From IMG/VR virus record IMGVR_UViG_3300009183_000092: DNA of 20,000 nt. The stretch is one strand, 5' to 3'. This DNA is from an uncultured virus (IMG/VR IMGVR_UViG_3300009183_000092). Taxonomy: Duplodnaviria; Heunggongvirae; Uroviricota; Caudoviricetes. A model generated the notes under the pieces. The model made no database searches, was not told where the DNA came from, and was given only the letters and a program-made list of their open reading frames with translations. Shown piece after piece: positions 1 to 9,182 of this stretch; position 1 is the stretch's first letter; each line of letters opens with the position of its first letter. The position numbers and the translations under genes are program-made.

Positions 1-453
1 GCGACAGATGGAACAGGTGGAACTTCTGGTACTACAGGTACTTCAGGTACGGATGGTACTAGCGGCAGTAGTGGTACTAGCGGTAGCAGTGGAACTTCAG
101 GAACAAGTGCTACAAGTGGTAGTTCAGGAACTAGCGGAACAGATGGAACAGGTGGTACAAGTGGAACGTCAGGGACTTCAGCCACAAGTGGCACAGATGG
201 TTCGGGTGGAACTAGCGGCACTTCTGGTACGTCTGCAACAGATGGTACAGGAGGAACTTCTGGTACATCAGGCACCTCTGCAACTAGCGGTACTACAGGA
301 ACTAGTGGAACTAGTGGTACAAGTGCAACAGATGGCACAGGCGGTACAAGTGGAACAAGTGGTACAAGTGCGACAAGTGGAACAGATGGCACGTCAGCAA
401 CAAGTGGAACTAGTGGTACATCAGGAACTACAGGAACTAGTGGCTCATCAGGA
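1..453 (+). repeat. Gly-X-Y (GTS/GTT/GSS/ATD) coding repeat block 1
   Basis: 9-nt periodic ggN-acN-tcN/agY repeats. Confidence 0.9.
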
Positions 454-3400
454 TATTCAGGAGATAAGTATTATACAACTTCATCTTCAACTTTTACATT
501 AGGTAATGCAGGAACAATCATTGTTGGAACAGGATTGGCATATTCACCTGCTCAATCAATAATCGTAGTTTATGATGCCTCAAACTTTCAAGAGTGCGAG
601 GTTATAACTTATAATAGTGGAACAGGTTCATTGCAATTTGCAGCTCCAACAAGAACTGTAGGTAGTGGAACTTATTCATCATGGACAGTTAACTTGGATG
701 GTGCTAGTGGTGGTGATGGTAGCTCAGGTACTTCAGGTACTAGTGGGACATCTGCTACAGCCGGAACATCAGGGACAACAGGTACTTCTGGAAGCAGTGG
801 TACAACAGGTAGTAGTGGTACATCTGGAACTTCAGCAACAAGTGGCACTTCAGGTATTAATGGTACTTCAGGTACTAGCGGTACATCTGGGACAAGCGGT
901 ACAACTGGAACTAGTGGGAGTGCCGGAACATCAGGACGAAATGGTATTGATGGTTCATCAGGAGCTTCTATTGCTAACTGGTATGGTTCTTTTTCTGATA
1001 GTACAACACAAGTAATTACAGCAGCAAATACGCCAACTGCAATAACTTATAATACTGTTGAAATATCTAATGGTATTGCAATAAGTGGCTCTCAAATACA
1101 ATATCAACATACTGGAATATATGAAATAGGGTATTCATTACAAGTTGAAAAAACAAGTGGTGGAACTGCTGTTGATGTTGATATATTTTTAAGATTGAAT
1201 GGAACAAATATTATTAGAACAGATTCAATTTTATCTTTAGGTAGTAACAATGGTAAACAATTACCATTTGTTTCTAATATTTTTGAATTAAATGCTAATG
1301 ATTATCTAGAAGTATTATTTTGCTCTACAAGCTCGCATATTCAAATAACAGGAGTGCCAGCTCAAACAGTACCATATATTCACCCAGCAGCTCCTTCTAT
1401 TATTATTGTAACAAAACAAGTAGGGGTAGCTGTAGGTACAACATCAGGAACAAGCGGAACAACTGGGACTAGCGGTACAAGTGGAACCACAGGGACATCT
1501 GGCACTTCTGGAATTAATGGCACTTCTGGATCTAGCGGTACTAGTGGTAGTTCTGCAACTAGCGGAACTTCAGGTACAACTGGAACTTCTGGTAGTTCAG
1601 GTACAAGTGGTGGAACTGGTAGCGCAGGTACTTCTGGTACAAGTGGAACTTCTGGTTTAGCAGGCACAAATGGTACAAGCGGAACCACAGGGACATCGGG
1701 TTCTAGTGGTACTTCAGGTAGCGCAGGTACTAGTGGAACCACAGGTACATCAGGTACTTCAGCTACATCTGGAACGTCAGGTACATCAGGAACAGCTGGT
1801 ACTAGTGGTACGTCAGTATCAGTAACTGGGACAGCAGGTTATGTTGCATATTTTAATAGTTCATCAACTATTACAGGTAATTCAAATCTTTTTTGGGACA
1901 CAACAAATAACTATTTAGCAATAGGTAATCCAGCTACTCGTTTAGCACAATTACACGTTTATAATGCAAGTGCAGCAGCTTCAATGCTATTACAAACTAA
2001 TAGCACTACTGACTATTCAGAAATAGCAGTAAGGAATGATAGTTCAACGGCTACTTCTTATTTCAGACAATATTCAACGGCTGCAACAGGAAGTGATTTT
2101 GGTATATCAAGAGCAGGGTTAGCTTTATTTTTTAGTAACTATGCTACTAACTTTGCAATAGGTACAAGAAACGGAGGTGCTTTAATTTGGGGAACGGCTG
2201 ATACTGAAAGAATGAGAATTAATACTTCAGGTAACGTAGGTATAGGAAGTAGTAGCATTACAAATGGAACAACTTGGGGTGGTGGTTTGCAAACAAATTT
2301 ATTAAAATTATCTGCTGCAGGTTATCCTGCCTTAGAAATAAATACAACAAGTGATGGTGGTGGTTCTATACAATTTACTTATGGTACTAATTTGCCAAAC
2401 CAAGTAAGGGGATTTATTGGGTATAATAGCGGAGGTGGTACAGTTAATGAATTTTATTTATATAATTCAGCTTCAGGACCTTTAGTATTTGTAACTAACA
2501 CCACCGAAAAAATGAGAATAACTTCAGCGGGTAACGTATTAGTGGGAGCAACGGCAGCCGCCGCTTCAGTATTCCAATTCCAAGTTGGTAATGGAACGGC
2601 AGATACAAGAGCTTATTTTAATCCTTCAAATGCTTTTGCAATAGGGGTATCAAATTCAAGTGGTAACGCATATTATTTAGGAGTTGGAGCAAGTGGTTCT
2701 GCGGGTTCGTTTCAAATTTATAGTAATACTACGGGTAGTGCAAATTTAACAATTACTTCAGGTGGCAACGTAGGAATAGGAACAAGTTCGCCTAAAACAC
2801 TATTGTCTATTAATGGAGGAACAGGAGCATACCCAACATTGGGAACGAATGTTACTAGTTCATTAATGATAGCTAGAAATGATAATTTAATTGGAACATA
2901 TTTTGGTTATGCAAGTGATGGTAATGGTTGGATTCAACAAATGAGAAATGATAGTGCTACCGCATATAATTTAGTATTACAACCTGTTGGAGGTAACGTA
3001 GGTATAGGTACTACTCCACAATGGACATTATCAGTATTTAAAGCATTAGAAATAGATACAACAGGATTAATATATGCAGGTAGTGGTCAAATGGCTATAA
3101 CAAATAATGGATATTATGCTTCAGGTTGGAAATATAAGACAACAGATTATGCAACTAACTATACAACTGATGGCGGTACTCATGTTTGGTATAATGCACC
3201 AAGTGGAACGGCAGGTTCTGCATTAAGTTATGTAGAAAGAATGAGACTTAATTCGTCTGGAAATTTAGGAATAGGAACAAGCACACCAAACGGAAAACTA
3301 AACGTTTCAAATGGCGGTGCAGAAGGGATTGAATTTTGGGTGGTATCAGCTGCTGCAACTAACTTAATTCAATCTTATAATCGTTCAACAAGTGCTTGGA

Positions 3401-3984
3401 ATAGTTTAGAGTACAAAGCATTAGACCATATATTTTATGGTTCAGGAACTGAAAGAATGAGAATTACCAATGCAGGAAGATGTGAATTAAAATCAGATGG
3501 TTTTGTATCTCAAAAAGGAGCAAGTAATAGTGTTGGTGGTGGTTCTTTTATTGCAGTACAACAAGTAGGAACAGAAAGATGGATTTTGCAACAATTAAAT
3601 ACCTCTTATGGATTAGATTATTGGGCATATAATGGTACTAGTTGGAGTGTAATAGCAAGTATAAATGCATCAACAGGTGTTTATACTCCATTGTCAGACA
3701 TAAATAAAAAGAAAGACTTTGAGGATAGTACAATAGGTTTAAATGCTATATTAGGATTGAAGCCTACTTTATACCGTATGAAATCAGATGATACAGAAGG
3801 AAATAAAGAATTAGGATTTATTGCTCAAGAAGTAAATGAATTTATCCCTCAAGCATTTGTTGAAAGTGGTGATGAAGATAATAATTTTATAGGTTTAAAC
3901 TATAACGCAATAACCGCAGCTTTAGTAAAGTCAGTTCAAGAATTAAAAGCAGAAATAGAAGAATTAAAAGCTAAAATAAAATAA
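1..3984 (+). CDS. Tail fibre/adhesin, 5'-truncated by the window: Gly-X-Y (GTS) repeats, ERMRI..GNVGIG repeats, C-terminal peptidase S74 intramolecular chaperone
   Basis: Frame 1 is open from base 1 (ATDGTGGTSGTTGTSG...) into the listed 535..3984 ORF, so the true start is upstream. About six (ERMRI)xxxGNVGIG repeats. The C-terminus SDINKKKDFED...LKPTLY...LGFIAQEV...coiled coil is typical of S74 chaperones. Confidence 0.88.
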   Translation, partial: ATDGTGGTSGTTGTSGTDGTSGSSGTSGSSGTSGTSATSGSSGTSGTDGTGGTSGTSGTSATSGTDGSGGTSGTSGTSATDGTGGTSGTSGTSATSGTTGTSGTSGTSATDGTGGTSGTSGTSATSGTDGTSATSGTSGTSGTTGTSGSSGYSGDKYYTTSSSTFTLGNAGTIIVGTGLAYSPAQSIIVVYDASNFQECEVITYNSGTGSLQFAAPTRTVGSGTYSSWTVNLDGASGGDGSSGTSGTSGTSATAGTSGTTGTSGSSGTTGSSGTSGTSATSGTSGINGTSGTSGTSGTSGTTGTSGSAGTSGRNGIDGSSGASIANWYGSFSDSTTQVITAANTPTAITYNTVEISNGIAISGSQIQYQHTGIYEIGYSLQVEKTSGGTAVDVDIFLRLNGTNIIRTDSILSLGSNNGKQLPFVSNIFELNANDYLEVLFCSTSSHIQITGVPAQTVPYIHPAAPSIIIVTKQVGVAVGTTSGTSGTTGTSGTSGTTGTSGTSGINGTSGSSGTSGSSATSGTSGTTGTSGSSGTSGGTGSAGTSGTSGTSGLAGTNGTSGTTGTSGSSGTSGSAGTSGTTGTSGTSATSGTSGTSGTAGTSGTSVSVTGTAGYVAYFNSSSTITGNSNLFWDTTNNYLAIGNPATRLAQLHVYNASAAASMLLQTNSTTDYSEIAVRNDSSTATSYFRQYSTAATGSDFGISRAGLALFFSNYATNFAIGTRNGGALIWGTADTERMRINTSGNVGIGSSSITNGTTWGGGLQTNLLKLSAAGYPALEINTTSDGGGSIQFTYGTNLPNQVRGFIGYNSGGGTVNEFYLYNSASGPLVFVTNTTEKMRITSAGNVLVGATAAAASVFQFQVGNGTADTRAYFNPSNAFAIGVSNSSGNAYYLGVGASGSAGSFQIYSNTTGSANLTITSGGNVGIGTSSPKTLLSINGGTGAYPTLGTNVTSSLMIARNDNLIGTYFGYASDGNGWIQQMRNDSATAYNLVLQPVGGNVGIGTTPQWTLSVFKALEIDTTGLIYAGSGQMAITNNGYYASGWKYKTTDYATNYTTDGGTHVWYNAPSGTAGSALSYVERMRLNSSGNLGIGTSTPNGKLNVSNGGAEGIEFWVVSAAATNLIQSYNRSTSAWNSLEYKALDHIFYGSGTERMRITNAGRCELKSDGFVSQKGASNSVGGGSFIAVQQVGTERWILQQLNTSYGLDYWAYNGTSWSVIASINASTGVYTPLSDINKKKDFEDSTIGLNAILGLKPTLYRMKSDDTEGNKELGFIAQEVNEFIPQAFVESGDEDNNFIGLNYNAITAALVKSVQELKAEIEELKAKIK
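700..966 (+). repeat. Gly-X-Y (GTS) coding repeat block 2
   Basis: GASGGDGSSGTSGTSG...GIDGSSGA. Confidence 0.85.
1435..1815 (+). repeat. Gly-X-Y (GTS) coding repeat block 3
   Basis: GTTSGTSGTTGTSG...GTAGTSGTS. Confidence 0.88.
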
Positions 3985-3985
3985 A

Positions 3986-4357
3986 ATGAGTACAACTTAC
4001 AATTGGGTAATAAACCAAATGGACACAAAGCCTCAAGAAGGGCAATTAATGGATGTGGTAGTAACAGTACATTGGACAAGAACAGCAGAGCAATATGTAG
4101 GAGGTGAACCCATCTTAGTTTCTAGTTATGGAACTATGAATTGTACCACACCTAGTGCTACAGATTTTACAGCATACCCTGATTTAACACAAGCAGAAGT
4201 AAACTCCTGGCTTGATTCTGGGTTGGATGTGCCAACTATTGACTTGGGATTAGACAAACAAATTGAGAATATTATCAATCCACCGACTATAGTTTTGCCG
4301 CTACCTTGGATTCCTGAACCAACAACTACAACAACTACTGAGGCTCCTGTTGTTTAA
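3986..4357 (+). CDS. Conserved phage tail-fibre-associated protein (DUF7936-like)
   Basis: TYNWVINQMD..DVVVTVHW..YG..FTAYPDLTQAEVNSWL..LPLPW pattern, a family commonly found right after S74 tail fibres; family name from memory. Confidence 0.6.
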   Translation: MSTTYNWVINQMDTKPQEGQLMDVVVTVHWTRTAEQYVGGEPILVSSYGTMNCTTPSATDFTAYPDLTQAEVNSWLDSGLDVPTIDLGLDKQIENIINPPTIVLPLPWIPEPTTTTTTEAPVV

Positions 4358-4380
4358 TTAAATTAATTATACTACATTTG
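4350..4380 (+). promoter_or_regulatory. Bacteroidota sigma-A type promoter
   Basis: TTG(4350-4352)-20 nt-TACATTTG(4373-4380), 15 nt before the ATG at 4396. Confidence 0.6.
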
Positions 4381-4395
4381 TAAAAATAAAATTTT

Positions 4396-4578
4396 ATGAA
4401 TCAAGAGACAAAGCAATTACCAGTACCATCATTAACACCAGAACATGTTCAAGTATTAATGAATTATGTTAACGAACAATTACCAACTAAGTATGGTAAA
4501 GAAATCCTAGGATTTATTGAAAAAGTAGCATTGGAAGCTGAAAAAGCATCTCAAACAGAAGAAACACAAGCTAGTTAA
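4396..4578 (+). CDS. Small hypothetical protein (60 aa)
   Basis: Has its own promoter and an A-rich leader; stop codon overlaps the stop of the convergent GT gene. Confidence 0.65.
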   Translation: MNQETKQLPVPSLTPEHVQVLMNYVNEQLPTKYGKEILGFIEKVALEAEKASQTEETQAS

Positions 4579-6590
4579 ACACTAGCTTTTTTTATTTCCT
4601 CTATTACCATATCGGCTGTTATTGACCTTTGACATTCAAAGTTCTTATTTCTTGGACACCAATTCCAAAATGGATCTAATTTAATATTAGGGTCATTCCA
4701 ACAGCTATTACACACATCAGGCTTAGTTACTCGGTAGCAATCAAATTCATGGTCTGCTTCGGTAAAATTAGAAATCATGACTACTTTTTGATTCAAAGCC
4801 CATGCTAACCAAGATAATCCACTAGATAATCCAATAAACAATTTAGCCCCTTTAATTACTTCCATTGTATTTTCTATAGATGTATCACTTATTTTATGAC
4901 AATTATCAAATGGGTTATCCTCTTTAGATACATTAACTATATTTTTATACCCTGAATCATATAAATAGTTTATAACCTTTTGCCATCCTTCCCTAGTCCA
5001 AAACTTGCACTCCATTGTAGAATTTGTGGCAATTGCAATATAATCTGGTGCTTTATTACCAAGTATCTCGGTTTTAGTTTTAAGCCTAGGTTTAACTTCT
5101 TCAAATTCTAATCCAAGTATATTGGTAGCAGCTTGCTGTAGTGGTATCGTATTGCATCTTACAGGCTCTTTATTCTCATCCCACTTCCATCCAACCCTAT
5201 ATAAGGCATAACAATTAACCGTAGCCCCAGGCTCAACTAGCTCTAATTCTGGGTAGTCCAGTATTTTATTCCAAAAACTGGACATTACCACATGGCAATT
5301 ATGCTTTTCTTGGAATTTTAAGGCATATCCACTCCATGCAATTGTGTCACCTAGACTCTTACTATCAATTACTATAAAAACCCTCTTATTGGTCAGATTT
5401 AGGGTGTTTTTGTAGATTAAATAACCATCCTGCCAAACCTTAGCTGTCCATGCGGTGAAATATTGCCTGTTTAACTTAACCCAAGAGTTTGCTTTTATTG
5501 TGTTTTCGTAAGCAATACTACCTTTTTCATCTAAAAATTGAACTTTGAAATTACTATCAGAAATACCTTTAATTTCTAAAAATGGGCCATCAACAAAATG
5601 CTGTGTAATTTTTACCTTTTGTTTTTGAATAGGTAATTCTAATAATTTCTTATAAGCTGTTTCATGAGCAAAAGCAAATATTGGTGTGGTATTATCTGTA
5701 GGTACATTGTATGTACATTTTAATGTACGTAAATCTGTATCTATTGGCTGTATGTATTTGGTAAACATATCGCCATATTGAGGTAAGTTTCTAGCTATGA
5801 TAGGTAAACCAAAACTTATGGCTTCGCGTAAAACTAATGGGTTACATTCCCAAGTGCTATTAAACATGAAAATATCAGCCATCTCCATAAAAGTATCAAC
5901 ATCTTTTCTTTCTCCCCATACCTTTACATTATCTGGTATATCTTTCATCAATGGTTCCCAATAATCTTTAAAGTTCCCAGCTTGGGAACCAACAAAATGA
6001 AATGTCATGTTAGGATATTTGCGAGCAATCTCAAGTCCTTCTCCTTGATTTTTACCCCTAGTCCATAAACCCACATTAAGAACATGTTTACCATCTTTTA
6101 CTGCATTTACTTCTTGTTTATCTATTGGATATTGTATTGTAACAAACTTAGATTCCATATTAGAAAATGTTTGCTCATGGTATGGCGTACAAAAAGCATA
6201 TAAATCAGGATAAAATAATTTTTCTTCATCAGGATTAAATGAAATATCATGACACGTTTCTACTATTCTATACTTTCTATTAGGATTATAAAGTTTAGCT
6301 ACCATCTGTCTATCTAATCTTTCTGATGGTTCGTCTATATGAATGATGTCTGGTTGCCACTGCTCAATTACTTTAAATAGCTCCATTTTATCCTCATACA
6401 AAGTAGTAAAGTTTTCTAATAGTAAACTTTTTATGGCATCACGTTGTACCACAAAATCCAAGCTATGACATTGATATTCAACTACATAATATTCATTTTC
6501 GGTATAATCTTTAAGACTTTGTATTCTTTTAAGTATAAATTGCGGGCATCCCCCCGTACTAAGATGCGGTGCTAGAAATAATATTTTCAT
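4575..6590 (-). CDS. Fusion glycosyltransferase: N-terminal GT4 (GT-B) plus C-terminal Aah/TibC-type O-heptosyltransferase (GT9-like)
   Basis: GT4 motifs MKILFLAPHLSTGG, KNQ, ADIF..S.WECNPLVLREA..GLPII. C-terminal half has SKSLGDTIAW, FIGLSSGLSWLAWAL and CNSCWND..WCPR..FECQRSIT. Confidence 0.8.
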   Translation of the reverse strand: MKILFLAPHLSTGGCPQFILKRIQSLKDYTENEYYVVEYQCHSLDFVVQRDAIKSLLLENFTTLYEDKMELFKVIEQWQPDIIHIDEPSERLDRQMVAKLYNPNRKYRIVETCHDISFNPDEEKLFYPDLYAFCTPYHEQTFSNMESKFVTIQYPIDKQEVNAVKDGKHVLNVGLWTRGKNQGEGLEIARKYPNMTFHFVGSQAGNFKDYWEPLMKDIPDNVKVWGERKDVDTFMEMADIFMFNSTWECNPLVLREAISFGLPIIARNLPQYGDMFTKYIQPIDTDLRTLKCTYNVPTDNTTPIFAFAHETAYKKLLELPIQKQKVKITQHFVDGPFLEIKGISDSNFKVQFLDEKGSIAYENTIKANSWVKLNRQYFTAWTAKVWQDGYLIYKNTLNLTNKRVFIVIDSKSLGDTIAWSGYALKFQEKHNCHVVMSSFWNKILDYPELELVEPGATVNCYALYRVGWKWDENKEPVRCNTIPLQQAATNILGLEFEEVKPRLKTKTEILGNKAPDYIAIATNSTMECKFWTREGWQKVINYLYDSGYKNIVNVSKEDNPFDNCHKISDTSIENTMEVIKGAKLFIGLSSGLSWLAWALNQKVVMISNFTEADHEFDCYRVTKPDVCNSCWNDPNIKLDPFWNWCPRNKNFECQRSITADMVIEEIKKASV

Positions 6591-7935
6591 TAAATTGGTT
6601 TAGTTTATTAATATCTTTTTCGCCATGATAGAATAAGTGGTTTTGTTCCAATGGCACTTTTTGCCAATCTTTAATAAAATATTCATAGTTTCTATATTCT
6701 AGTTTATCATGCAATCCATTAATATAACAGTATGGCAATCCTTTATATGCTTTGTAGTCATATAGCATGGTTTGTAGAATTGTTTCTTCGTTGAAGCTAG
6801 CGTATTTAGAGTTGTCCTTTAGTACAACTGGATGATTGCATCTATAATACCAAAGTTCTAAAAAATCAATACAATTTTGCCCTGCTACAAAATATCCTGT
6901 TTGCCTATAACCGGTGTTGTGTCTTTCCATTTGATTTGAACCAAACAATTCACAAGCCGGAGCTTCTAATGTACCACTTAAATCTTCCATACTTTCAGCT
7001 CCACCACGCCCATTAACTATAAGATATTCATATATGCCTTCTGTGAAATAAGGATAGCTAGAATCAGTGTCAAAATAATCAAATATGGTATCTATTTTAT
7101 CAGTAGCAATGCTATCTGTATCAATGTAGGCAACAGTTTCAGCAAAGTTTTCTAATGCGTGAGCTACTATTTTAGGGCGTTCAATTAGTAGTTTATATAT
7201 TTGTTTATCTTCCCTATCAATATATTCTTTTCTTTTCTTTAAATGTATTACATCACATTGCCATTCAATGCTTAGAGTGTTTTTTATATTTACTTTAGTT
7301 TTAGAATTAAGTAGATAAACGAAAATAGGAATATCACTATAACTTCTAATGGAATTACAACAAACATCCACAAGATCCAAATAAGACTCATCAGCATAAA
7401 GTACAAAGGCTTTTTCATGTTTTACTTTTTTGTTTATATAATAGCCATAATAATTATTGCCATAAAGAAGCTCTAAGTCTGGATATCTTTGCTTCATTAT
7501 ATCTGGCGTTAAATCTGGCTGTAAATGGGTTTCATGTGTATTCCCCTCATATTCACCTTGTTCCATTTGATATGGTACTGCAACAATATATTTTTTTTTA
7601 TTTTGTTTTAAAAACAACATTACTAATTGTCCTTCCTCTACTGTCAAATGCTCTAATACATCTCCTAAAATAAAAAAATCATATTTGTCAAGTATAACAA
7701 AATCTATCGCAAGTATGTTTTTATGATAAACTACGTCATATTTTTTCTTTAATTCATATTTGTCTATATATGGTTTCCATATTTCTATTGCATCCATTTT
7801 ATAACCATAACCACGCAATAAATCAGAATAAGTACCACATCCAGCTCCAACATCTAATATTTTAGCATCTAATGGCACATGATTCAAAAACCAATTCCTT
7901 ACAGAATCTTTGTATAACGGGTAACTTGTCGGCAT
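6559..7935 (-). CDS. Class I SAM-dependent methyltransferase fused to a GT-A fold glycosyltransferase
   Basis: ILDVGAGCG and GDVLEHL in the N-terminal part; YIDTDS (DxD), QTGYFV, NEETILQ and FYHGEK in the C-terminal part. Confidence 0.75.
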   Translation of the reverse strand: MPTSYPLYKDSVRNWFLNHVPLDAKILDVGAGCGTYSDLLRGYGYKMDAIEIWKPYIDKYELKKKYDVVYHKNILAIDFVILDKYDFFILGDVLEHLTVEEGQLVMLFLKQNKKKYIVAVPYQMEQGEYEGNTHETHLQPDLTPDIMKQRYPDLELLYGNNYYGYYINKKVKHEKAFVLYADESYLDLVDVCCNSIRSYSDIPIFVYLLNSKTKVNIKNTLSIEWQCDVIHLKKRKEYIDREDKQIYKLLIERPKIVAHALENFAETVAYIDTDSIATDKIDTIFDYFDTDSSYPYFTEGIYEYLIVNGRGGAESMEDLSGTLEAPACELFGSNQMERHNTGYRQTGYFVAGQNCIDFLELWYYRCNHPVVLKDNSKYASFNEETILQTMLYDYKAYKGLPYCYINGLHDKLEYRNYEYFIKDWQKVPLEQNHLFYHGEKDINKLNQFNENIISSTAS

Positions 7936-7948
7936 AAATTATTTATTT

Positions 7949-8248
7949 TTAATATCTTTCAAAAAGGAATTTACCAACAAATGGGTGAATTTTAAACATT
8001 CCATAATTCACAGCAATTCCTTGATTACAAGAAATTACTAATTTGTGAAAACCTTTTAATTTCTCTCTAAATTCTTCTATATTATCATTCCCTTTATAAT
8101 CTTTACATGTATTACAACAAGGCATAAGATTATCATATTCCATTGATTCGGGCATCATTTGATCAACTTTCATATCATTTATTGTAATTCTTTGTCCACA
8201 ATAAGCACAAAGACCATCATATTTTTCGTATATTTTTTCTATATTCAT
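7949..8248 (-). CDS. HNH-fold protein, probably catalytically degenerate
   Basis: CAYCG...VDQMMP...NLMPCCNTCKDYKG; the usual pattern is VDHxxP...NLxxxCxxCNxxK. Confidence 0.7.
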   Translation of the reverse strand: MNIEKIYEKYDGLCAYCGQRITINDMKVDQMMPESMEYDNLMPCCNTCKDYKGNDNIEEFREKLKGFHKLVISCNQGIAVNYGMFKIHPFVGKFLFERY

Positions 8249-8270
8249 AAGTTATTTGTTTGATTTACCA

Positions 8271-8297
8271 CAAAGCTATATAATTAATTTAATTAAA
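8271..8297 (-). promoter_or_regulatory. Promoter for the glycosylation cassette
   Basis: Minus strand TTTAATTAAATTAATTATA-TAGCTTTG; the -7 box (8278-8271) lies 22 nt upstream of the ATG at 8248. Confidence 0.55.
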
Positions 8298-8333
8298 TTA
8301 AATAAATATTAATAAAATTATTACCTTTACCAT

Positions 8334-8711
8334 ATGAAAATAGAAGTAAGCATAGGTGAAGTAGTAGATAAATATACCATCTTAACCATCAAAAAGCTTT
8401 TTATACATGACAGCGAAAAGCTTGCAAACATTGAGAAGGAATGGAAGTTAATTAAATCTTCATTGGTCAAAAAGTACCCAGAAACCTTAACAGATCCATT
8501 TACCCAAGAGCTTTATGATATTAACAAAAAATTATGGAAAGTAGAAGATGATATAAGGGATTGTGAGCATAAAAGCTATTTTGGCGAAAAGTTTGTGGAA
8601 TTAGCTAGGGAAGTTTACCAATTAAATGATGTAAGAGCCATAATTAAAAAGCAAATCAACCAAAAATATGGTTCGGAACTCGTAGAAGAAAAATCTTATA
8701 AACACCATTAG
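8334..8711 (+). CDS. DUF6165-like protein
   Basis: EVSIGEVVDKYTIL.IK...LWKVEDDIR..E...F.ELAR.VY..ND.R..IK..IN...GS.LVEEKSY; this family often lies next to glycosyltransferases. Confidence 0.75.
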   Translation: MKIEVSIGEVVDKYTILTIKKLFIHDSEKLANIEKEWKLIKSSLVKKYPETLTDPFTQELYDINKKLWKVEDDIRDCEHKSYFGEKFVELAREVYQLNDVRAIIKKQINQKYGSELVEEKSYKHH

Positions 8712-8936
8712 ATGAATAAATTAAAAGAGATTTTGATTTCATATGCCACCAAGTACAACCCAACAGAAGAACAGCAGAAGGTAGCAGAAAAGAGACTTGA
8801 AATATGCATGGGATGTGAATATTGGAAGCAAACAGCCATAAGAGATTATTGCAGTAAATGTGGGTGTACGACAAGTGCCAAGGTATTTAGTCCGGTAGGT
8901 TCGGCAGCTTGCCCAGATGGGAGGTGGAAAGAGTAA
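8712..8936 (+). CDS. Small Cys-rich putative Zn-binding protein (DUF6171-like)
   Basis: RLEICMGC...CSKCGC...AK......CPDGRW. Confidence 0.7.
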   Translation: MNKLKEILISYATKYNPTEEQQKVAEKRLEICMGCEYWKQTAIRDYCSKCGCTTSAKVFSPVGSAACPDGRWKE

Positions 8937-8981
8937 CTGAAAAAAAATATATAATTTAATATAATATAACTAAATTAATCT

Positions 8982-8989
8982 TATATTTG
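8982..8989 (+). promoter_or_regulatory. Putative -7 promoter box for the lysis/membrane module
   Basis: TATATTTG 13 nt upstream of the ATG at 9003; no clear -33 TTTG. Confidence 0.45.
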
Positions 8990-9002
8990 ATAAAAAATTG
9001 AC

Positions 9003-9182
9003 ATGACCAATACTCAAGGGGATGTATCTGCAACAGTTAGTATTTTAGGTGCGGTAGTTACAATAAGTAGCATACAGCCAATTGTAAGTCTTTGTGCAGG
9101 TTTGGTAGCTATAGTTTCAGGTATTTTTGCGGTAAGATATTACTATTGGAAAACTAAACACATGAATAATGATAAATGCTAA
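9003..9182 (+). CDS. Small membrane protein, holin-like (59 aa; not in ORF track)
   Basis: Manual translation MTNTQGDVSATVSILGAVVTISSIQPIVSLCAGLVAIVSGIFAVRYYYWKTKHMNNDKC: hydrophobic segments and a basic tail. Confidence 0.7.
   Translation: MTNTQGDVSATVSILGAVVTISSIQPIVSLCAGLVAIVSGIFAVRYYYWKTKHMNNDKC

Noticed and set aside
8..502. 164-aa V/Q/E/L-rich ORF (also 665..1015 + and 1380..1742 -)
   Set aside because: Alternate-frame or antisense shadows of the GTS repeats; frame 1 is the continuous tail fibre.
1..3984. Diversity-generating retroelement targeting the tail fibre
   Set aside because: No reverse transcriptase and no template/variable repeat pair seen in the window.
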